Positions 58,754-64,000 of a DNA stretch of 64,000 nt are shown here, piece after piece. Positions within the stretch are counted from its first letter, which is position 1. The number at the start of each line of letters is the position of its first letter. Both the position numbers and the translations under genes were made by a program. Under the pieces are notes generated by a model. The model worked only from the letters and a program-made list of their open reading frames with translations, made no database searches and was not told the origin of the DNA. Where the stretch lies: IMG/VR virus record IMGVR_UViG_3300032285_000913. One strand, given 5' to 3'. This stretch comes from an uncultured virus (IMG/VR IMGVR_UViG_3300032285_000913). Lineage: Duplodnaviria > Heunggongvirae > Uroviricota > Caudoviricetes.

Positions 58754-59332
58754 ATGAGCAATCCAACAGAATGGGATATCTCTGGCGGTAACTTCAATAA
58801 GCCAGTTGAATTCCCAGAAACAATTAATACTGATATTAGTAAGAATACAGTAGATAATTTTACTAAAGTTCCAAGTATGGTGGTTGAAGCACCAGTGGTA
58901 GTAAAGAAGTCTAAGCGTATCAATCCAGATGCCCTGCCTGTTCTATATACAGCAGTTGCACTTGTGACCATCCTCATGATTTCATCATTCGTGGTTTCAT
59001 TCAGTGGTATCTATGAGGTATCTGCATGGACAGGACTACCAACAATCCTACAATGGCTACCAGCATTCTTTATTGATGCTGCTATTCTTGCCTATACCAT
59101 TTCACTTGTGGTGTTTAAGGCTCGTGGAGAAAGTACATGGCGAACATTAGCAGGACTAACTGGCTTTGCTGCTATGTCAGTTGTTGCTAACGTAGCACAT
59201 ACGCTAAACTATTGGAATGGCAATGTCACAGACTATCGTGGCTGGATTGGTGTGGCTATTACTGCTGCTGCCCCTATCGCTGTTCTACTTGCATCAGAAG
59301 AAATTACACGTCTAGCATTCGAAAAGGAGTAA
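58754..59332 (+). CDS. DUF2637-like 4-TM membrane protein
   Basis: FVVSF..., PAFFIDAA, SVVANVAH, APIAVLLASE. Confidence 0.72.
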   Translation: MSNPTEWDISGGNFNKPVEFPETINTDISKNTVDNFTKVPSMVVEAPVVVKKSKRINPDALPVLYTAVALVTILMISSFVVSFSGIYEVSAWTGLPTILQWLPAFFIDAAILAYTISLVVFKARGESTWRTLAGLTGFAAMSVVANVAHTLNYWNGNVTDYRGWIGVAITAAAPIAVLLASEEITRLAFEKE

Positions 59333-59335
59333 ATA

Positions 59336-59647
59336 ATGCTAAAAGCACCAGAAGATATTATCATTATTAAAAAAGAAAAGAAAACTAACGAACCAGAAAA
59401 ATCATCAAGTGGACTATTAATAATGTCCAATAGTGATGATGAAGACTCAAAGAACATCGGCACTGTTGTTCTAGTTGGCGAGGGTAGACAACTGCGTAGC
59501 GGTGTCCGTGTTCCAATGGAAGTAAAGGTTGGAGACAAGGTCATGTATAACCCAGGTGGCGTTATGAAATTTAAGCATGAGGGAGAAGACTACCTGTCTA
59601 TGTTTAGTGTTAGCGTATTAGCAATTCTGGAGAGTGATGATGAATAA
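59336..59647 (+). CDS. groES: GroES-like co-chaperonin
   Basis: SSSGLLI..GTVVLVGEG....VKVGDKVMY...GEDY. Confidence 0.85.
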   Translation: MLKAPEDIIIIKKEKKTNEPEKSSSGLLIMSNSDDEDSKNIGTVVLVGEGRQLRSGVRVPMEVKVGDKVMYNPGGVMKFKHEGEDYLSMFSVSVLAILESDDE

Positions 59648-60329
59648 GATTAGTGTTCTTGACGAAGGCTATGTGCGTCTTGTAGATACGCTTGGAGACG
59701 ACCTTTCAATTGTAAATGCTGCTCGTGTATCTTATGCAAAAGAGTCTGGCGTATTTGAAGACCGTGATGCTAAACTAATCAAGTTTCTATTGCGTGAGGG
59801 ACACACCTCACCATTCCGTCATGCTGCCCTAACATTTGAAGTTTATGCTCCATTGTTTGTGGCACGTCAGTGGTGGAAGTATGCTGTAGGTTCAACACAC
59901 GTTGACGACCAGAATGGCTGGAATGAATCTTCACGTCGTTACATTACGGAAGATGAACAGTTCTATGTTCCACAGGTTGACGAGTGGCGTAGCAAGCCTG
60001 AGAATAGCAAGCAGGGTAGCGGAGAGCCAGTCAATGATGCACTTGGTCATGTATATACAAATAAACTAATAGAGATTATTGCTAAAGGTACTACATGGTA
60101 TCACGAGGCTATGGATGATGGTATTGCACCAGAACTAGCACGTTTGTTCCTACCTGCTTATGGTATGTATGTTCGCTGGCGATGGACAACATCTCTACAG
60201 GGTGTTCTTACATTCCTTGACCAAAGGCTTGAGCATGATGCACAGAAGGAAATCCAGGACTATGCAATCGCTGTTAAGGATTTGGCACATCAGGCATTCC
60301 CAGAAACATTTAAGGCGTTGCATAACTGA
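59637..60329 (+). CDS. thyX: Flavin-dependent thymidylate synthase
   Basis: IVNAARVSY, HTSPF, PLFVARQW, NESSRRY, ELARLFLP, AQKEI. Confidence 0.93.
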   Translation: MMNKISVLDEGYVRLVDTLGDDLSIVNAARVSYAKESGVFEDRDAKLIKFLLREGHTSPFRHAALTFEVYAPLFVARQWWKYAVGSTHVDDQNGWNESSRRYITEDEQFYVPQVDEWRSKPENSKQGSGEPVNDALGHVYTNKLIEIIAKGTTWYHEAMDDGIAPELARLFLPAYGMYVRWRWTTSLQGVLTFLDQRLEHDAQKEIQDYAIAVKDLAHQAFPETFKALHN

Positions 60330-60841
60330 TGCCAGGTTCGATGCCAGAAGGTAAAGACCTTGCAATGTATTGGATTGAAAATAAAATCAATCCACAAACT
60401 GTTTTAGATGTTGGTGCTGGCATTGGCACTTACTCATTGCTTTTCCGCAAGCATAACTTTGTTCCAAAACTTCTAAATGCTATTGAGGTTTGGGAACCAT
60501 ATATTAAAGAATATGAATTATTAAATAAATATAAAAATGTATTTAACGTGGATGTTCGTGAGTGGGGAGACTGGGACTATGATTTGGTTATTCTAGGAGA
60601 CATTCTAGAACATATGAGCAAAGAAGAAGCCCTAGAGTTGTGGAACAGGATTTCAAAAAAGGCACGGTACGCAATCATATCTATTCCTATTATTGATTGT
60701 CCACAGGGTCATGAACATAACAACCCTTATGAAGAACATATTAAAGATGATTGGACTACACAAGAAGTCTTGGAGTCTTTCAGCCACATTGTTGACCATA
60801 ATGAATATTCTGTTGTTGGAGTTTTCTTAGCAAAGTTTTAA
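60329..60841 (+). CDS. Class I SAM-dependent methyltransferase
   Basis: VLDVGAGIG, YDLVILGDILEH. Confidence 0.85.
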   Translation: MPGSMPEGKDLAMYWIENKINPQTVLDVGAGIGTYSLLFRKHNFVPKLLNAIEVWEPYIKEYELLNKYKNVFNVDVREWGDWDYDLVILGDILEHMSKEEALELWNRISKKARYAIISIPIIDCPQGHEHNNPYEEHIKDDWTTQEVLESFSHIVDHNEYSVVGVFLAKF

Positions 60842-60847
60842 CAACTG

Positions 60848-60920
60848 CCCCTCGTAACTCAGTGGATAGAGTAGGAGCCTTCTAATCTCTTAGTCGCAAG
60901 TTCGATTCTTGCCGAGGGGG
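60848..60920 (+). tRNA. tRNA-Arg(TCT)
   Basis: Acceptor CCCCTCG/CGAGGGG, anticodon loop CTTCTAA (stem has one mismatch), T-arm GCAAG-TTCGATT-CTTGC. Confidence 0.85.
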
Positions 60921-60921
60921 C

Positions 60922-61605
60922 ATGAAAATTGGATTGATTATTCCCTGGAGAGAAACTCCAAGTAGATTAAGACCATTACAGGCAGTGCTTGAATGGTATC
61001 AAACTAATCTACCAGACATTGAAATCATTTACGCCGATAAGCCAGGGGAATATTGGTCTGCTTCTGGTAGCCGTAATTTAGGGGTCAGGAAGGCACAGGA
61101 GGCTCTCTGTGACGTTGTAATTTTGAATGATGCAGATACCCTACCAGAACTGAATTCGCTCCTAGAAGCCATAGATGCTGCCCAGTCTGATGGCATGATA
61201 CATAACCCATACAGACTTTGTAAATACTTTGATATAGAGATGAGTGAGTTGTTCTACGCTGGCAAAGATATTAAACAACTTAAACATACATTGTATACAG
61301 AAGCCAATGGTGGTATTTGGGTATGCACACCAGAGACATGGTGGAGTCTTGGCGGTATGGATGAAAAGTTTGTACAATGGGGAGCAGAAGATTCAGCATT
61401 TGAATTAGCACACACAGTTATTAAGGGTAGTAAGTTTGTTAAGCATGATGGATATATTTATTGTCTAGGACATGAGGTTCAAATACATGACCCTGGATTC
61501 AATTATAATCAGATTAGAAACATCCAACTTTACTGGCTATACTATTCTGCATCTACACCAGAAAGAATGTTATCTTTAGTTAAACAAGAAAAGATGGAAC
61601 TCTAG
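60922..61605 (+). CDS. GT-A (GT2/GT7-like) glycosyltransferase
   Basis: IIPWR, SRNLG, LNDAD (DxD), GGMDEKFVQWGAED. Confidence 0.87.
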   Translation: MKIGLIIPWRETPSRLRPLQAVLEWYQTNLPDIEIIYADKPGEYWSASGSRNLGVRKAQEALCDVVILNDADTLPELNSLLEAIDAAQSDGMIHNPYRLCKYFDIEMSELFYAGKDIKQLKHTLYTEANGGIWVCTPETWWSLGGMDEKFVQWGAEDSAFELAHTVIKGSKFVKHDGYIYCLGHEVQIHDPGFNYNQIRNIQLYWLYYSASTPERMLSLVKQEKMEL

Positions 61606-61814
61606 ACTTCGCCTAGTTTTTCATAAGCCCAACCCAAGACTGCTGCAGCGACCTCGTCGCCCTCTTGCTCTTTAAGTGAAATAAGTTCTCTGAGTCTTTC
61701 AAAGAATTCAAAGCGTTCTTCTTCTCCGCCAAGTGAATATAACTCAGCGTGGATATCATCAATCTTGTGGTACAAGTCGTCCACTCGTTCTTCAATATCT
61801 TGAATGTTTTCCAT
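61602..61814 (-). CDS. Hypothetical acidic protein
   Basis: Leaderless ATG 6 nt after TATAAT (61821-61826 on the minus strand). Confidence 0.65.
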   Translation of the reverse strand: MENIQDIEERVDDLYHKIDDIHAELYSLGGEEERFEFFERLRELISLKEQEGDEVAAAVLGWAYEKLGEV

Positions 61815-61833
61815 ACTTTAATTATACTACTCT

Positions 61834-62217
61834 TTAGAATCCGCTGTTGGATTCAAATACAGACCAGAACTTTTCCATGTCTGGAACATCATCAGGATGG
61901 ATAGCCTTAATGCCTTCGGCTTCGTAAGCCTTTCTAGCACCAGCGTTGTCGTCAATTGCCAGGGTAGCGTCATGCAACTTAGCAGCAGCCTCACGCTTCC
62001 ACTTATTAGAATCTCTATAAGAATAAGGGTTCATAAGAAGAGAGTTATACTTAATACCAATCTTCTTTAGAATGGCTTCGGTCTCCGCACGGTCTTTGCG
62101 TTCTCTGCCAGTTACGATAATTACTCTAGTCTTAAGAGAGTTAACGTAGTCAATAGTTTTCTTGATAGGGTACTGCCCTGCTCGTAGAATGGTGTCATCA
62201 ATATCACAAATAATCAT
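61834..62217 (-). CDS. HAD-superfamily phosphatase (PNKP 3'-phosphatase-like)
   Basis: ICDIDDTI, IVTGR, K, AIDD motifs; leaderless after TGATATAAT. Confidence 0.85.
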   Translation of the reverse strand: MIICDIDDTILRAGQYPIKKTIDYVNSLKTRVIIVTGRERKDRAETEAILKKIGIKYNSLLMNPYSYRDSNKWKREAAAKLHDATLAIDDNAGARKAYEAEGIKAIHPDDVPDMEKFWSVFESNSGF

Positions 62218-62274
62218 GTATCTATTATATCAGAGACCCTGGACATTGTAAAGGATGTAGTGTATAATAGTATT

Positions 62275-62502
62275 ATGAATTGTCCCCTATGTAATAATCC
62301 AATGGTTGATGTGGTTTACGGATTCCCCACATTTGAAATGATAGAACTAGCCAAAGAAGATAAACTTGTATTAGGTGGTATACCTAAGCCATTTGACTTT
62401 AAGCCTACTCACTTTTGCTATGAGTGTCTTGAGCAGTATCCTCAGAATGAACCTGAGTACGACACTGACAGTCACACACCCACGTTTTCTCATGGTAAGT
62501 AA
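62275..62502 (+). CDS. Small zinc-binding protein
   Basis: MNCPLC..VVYGFP....LGG..P...CYEC; leaderless after TATAAT 62263. Confidence 0.7.
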   Translation: MNCPLCNNPMVDVVYGFPTFEMIELAKEDKLVLGGIPKPFDFKPTHFCYECLEQYPQNEPEYDTDSHTPTFSHGK

Positions 62503-62560
62503 TAGAAGGTTTGCATGAGGCATGGTTGCCAGTCATACACCATCCGCATTTAGAACTCAT
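62405..62560 (-). CDS. Small Cys-rich protein
   Basis: MSSKCGWCMTGNHASC....WVCDCQC; last gene of a coupled minus-strand chain. Confidence 0.6.
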   Translation of the reverse strand: MSSKCGWCMTGNHASCKPSITYHEKTWVCDCQCRTQVHSEDTAQDTHSKSE

Positions 62561-62669
62561 CTTCGTCGTTAGACCAATCCAAAATGTCTCTCTTGGAGTC
62601 ACCTAGCCAAGCCAATAACAAAATGATTGGCAATCCAACAATAAGAAAAAGTATTTCTACCCAATTCAT
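62550..62669 (-). CDS. Small membrane peptide
   Basis: MNWVEILFLIVGLPIILLLAWLGD..., 39 aa, ATGA coupling. Confidence 0.55.
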   Translation of the reverse strand: MNWVEILFLIVGLPIILLLAWLGDSKRDILDWSNDEDEF

Positions 62670-62827
62670 ACTTCAATATCCTTTTCAATAAGAGCGATAA
62701 CCCAATCAGAACAGACAGAATCTTGTTCCTCAAGCATCTTAATAATTTCTTTTATTGCATCCTCTTTAATGTGATGGCAACAGACACAGTCTGGACCATC
62801 GTAATAGGGGTTCTTAAAATCACGCAC
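62666..62827 (-). CDS. Small hypothetical protein
   Basis: MRDFKNPYYDGPDCVCCHH..., 53 aa, GTG start. Confidence 0.5.
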   Translation of the reverse strand: MRDFKNPYYDGPDCVCCHHIKEDAIKEIIKMLEEQDSVCSDWVIALIEKDIEV

Positions 62828-62996
62828 GGTAATTCCCACGGTTCATGCCAGCAATATATCCAGCCTGGAAAGCCAATAACTCTGCCCTGGTTGGTGGGGA
62901 AGACAAACTAAGAATCCAATCCTCAGTATCCTTAACAGCCTTCTTTTTAATTGTATTGATAATACGCTCGTTATCTCTACGAGTCTTTCTATCCAT
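62820..62996 (-). CDS. Small hypothetical protein
   Basis: MDRKTRRDNERII...AFQAGYIAG, 58 aa, TAATG coupling. Confidence 0.6.
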   Translation of the reverse strand: MDRKTRRDNERIINTIKKKAVKDTEDWILSLSSPPTRAELLAFQAGYIAGMNRGNYRA

Positions 62997-63109
62997 TAGT
63001 TTACCTTTACTAGTCTACGCTTTGCAGGGTCAAAGACCTTTGGGCTTTTCTTAGAAGCCTTGCCATTCTGGCGGTTGCTATTGCGTGTTGATGTTTTCTT
63101 TGCAGCCAT
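62996..63109 (-). CDS. Small basic peptide
   Basis: MAAKKTSTRNSNRQNGKASKK..., 37 aa. Confidence 0.55.
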   Translation of the reverse strand: MAAKKTSTRNSNRQNGKASKKSPKVFDPAKRRLVKVN

Positions 63110-63110
63110 A

Positions 63111-63305
63111 CTATTCTACCAAACTTTCTTCTGTTTTGTCAAATGGGAAAACATCATAACCAAAGCAAGCCTCAATGTATTTTCTGCGTAGGATATCTGG
63201 AATAATATTAACAATGTCTTGTCCTTCAATCTCCACAGAGTCTCCAGCAACCTCTACAACGTAGATGCGTTCTGGATAAATGATGTACCGATATTTGTCT
63301 GTCAT
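63111..63305 (-). CDS. Hypothetical protein
   Basis: Leaderless ATG 63305 six nt after TGCTATAAT. Confidence 0.6.
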   Translation of the reverse strand: MTDKYRYIIYPERIYVVEVAGDSVEIEGQDIVNIIPDILRRKYIEACFGYDVFPFDKTEESLVE

Positions 63306-63321
63306 ATTTATATTATAGCAC

Positions 63322-63350
63322 TTGACAATGACTTCTGTATGCCTTATAAT
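63322..63350 (+). promoter_or_regulatory. Sigma70-type promoter, leaderless, back-to-back with a minus-strand promoter
   Basis: TTGACA-17nt-TATAAT-6nt-ATG 63357; minus-strand TATAAT at 63312-63317. Confidence 0.75.
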
Positions 63351-63356
63351 GGACAC

Positions 63357-63551
63357 ATGGGAAAATTAAAAGATTTAGATGCACAAGGGGTTACTGACCT
63401 CACTTCATACCTTATCGGTATCATCAATGAGCGTGAGCGTTTCGTTGATTTCTTAGCAGCCGAAGCAAAGCGTACAGGGCTAGGCTTCATACAATATCAA
63501 ACTATTCTAGAGTTCATTCAAAGTTCGGGCGAAAAGTTCGGCGGTGAATAG
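63357..63551 (+). CDS. Hypothetical protein
   Basis: MGKLKDLDAQG..., start inferred from the promoter. Confidence 0.65.
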   Translation: MGKLKDLDAQGVTDLTSYLIGIINERERFVDFLAAEAKRTGLGFIQYQTILEFIQSSGEKFGGE

Positions 63552-63563
63552 AGGTCTATCCGC

Positions 63564-63592
63564 TTGACAAGCAAGCGAGTATCCTGTATAAT
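63564..63592 (+). promoter_or_regulatory. Sigma70-type promoter
   Basis: TTGACA-17nt-TATAAT. Confidence 0.75.
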
Positions 63593-63623
63593 AATATAAG
63601 GTCCATTAAACGAGAGAGAACGT

Positions 63624-64000
63624 ATGCAAACCTTTTTACCTTACAAAGACTTTGACAAGTCTGCACAAGCACTAGACAGCAAGCGACTTAACAAGCAGAT
63701 TCTAGAGTGCTACCAAATCCTAAAAGTACTATCCAACCCAGACCCACGAGCAGGATGGCGTAACCATCCAGCCGTGAAGATGTGGCGTGGCTATGAACAC
63801 CTACTACTTGACTACACCATGTCTATGGTTAGAGAAGCAAATGAACGTGGCATTAAGACCGATAAGAACATGCAGAACATTGTAGACCTTATTAACACCC
63901 ACGCAATTGACTGGGGATTCGAAATCCCTGCTTGGTATGAAGATGATGTTAAGATGAAGCGTCTTACCACTACACACAAAGCGAACCTATACAAGAAAGA
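63624..64000 (+). CDS. Pyrimidine-dimer DNA glycosylase family (MSMEG_6728-like), 3'-truncated; not in the ORF track
   Basis: MQTFLPY..F..SAQALD.KRL.KQ..E..QIL....GWRNHPAVKMWRGYE. Confidence 0.85.
   Translation, partial: MQTFLPYKDFDKSAQALDSKRLNKQILECYQILKVLSNPDPRAGWRNHPAVKMWRGYEHLLLDYTMSMVREANERGIKTDKNMQNIVDLINTHAIDWGFEIPAWYEDDVKMKRLTTTHKANLYKK

Noticed and set aside
63812..63994. Minus-strand 60-aa ORF at the right edge
   Set aside because: Antisense to the recognisable + strand glycosylase gene starting at 63624
1..64000. Alternative genetic code or stop-codon reassignment
   Set aside because: The standard code gives dense, intact ORFs; TAA, TAG and TGA all end genes; no suppressor tRNA

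Overview
The whole window is a segment of a large tailed (siphovirus-like) phage genome with low GC (roughly 35-42% by eye), probably lytic because no integrase or repressor lies in the window. Genes are on the + strand except for a small - strand cluster at about 61.6-63.3 kb. Order: class II ribonucleotide reductase (cut by the left edge); head module (portal, protease with a nested scaffold, major capsid, connectors); tail module (tube, two paralogous assembly chaperones, a 2962-aa tape measure, Dit, hub, minor tail proteins); replication/recombination (DnaB, primase, SSB, DnaE, NrdH, RecA, Cas4-like and RuvC-like nucleases); terminase; membrane/lysis genes and four tRNAs (Asn, Asp, Thr, Arg); and accessory genes (glycosyltransferases, deaminase, WhiB, Dps, HiPIP-like, GroES, ThyX, methyltransferase, HAD phosphatase, pyrimidine-dimer glycosylase cut by the right edge). 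WhiB and widespread leaderless promoters point to an actinobacterial host, probably a low-GC freshwater lineage (inference). Most striking observations: (1) the tape measure protein carries a HipA-like kinase, an unknown domain and a PNKP-type HAD phosphatase, each bracketed by repeated [FYL]xxG[GT] motifs, suggesting an injected, processed effector polyprotein; (2) the scaffold C-terminal motif KSVWGGSF recurs at the C-termini of unrelated accessory proteins, suggesting a capsid cargo-loading tag; (3) the usual tail-chaperone frameshift appears replaced by a gene duplication; (4) a probable AUU start codon; (5) structured RNA spacers between tRNAs. All family assignments come from motif recognition by eye; no searches were run.
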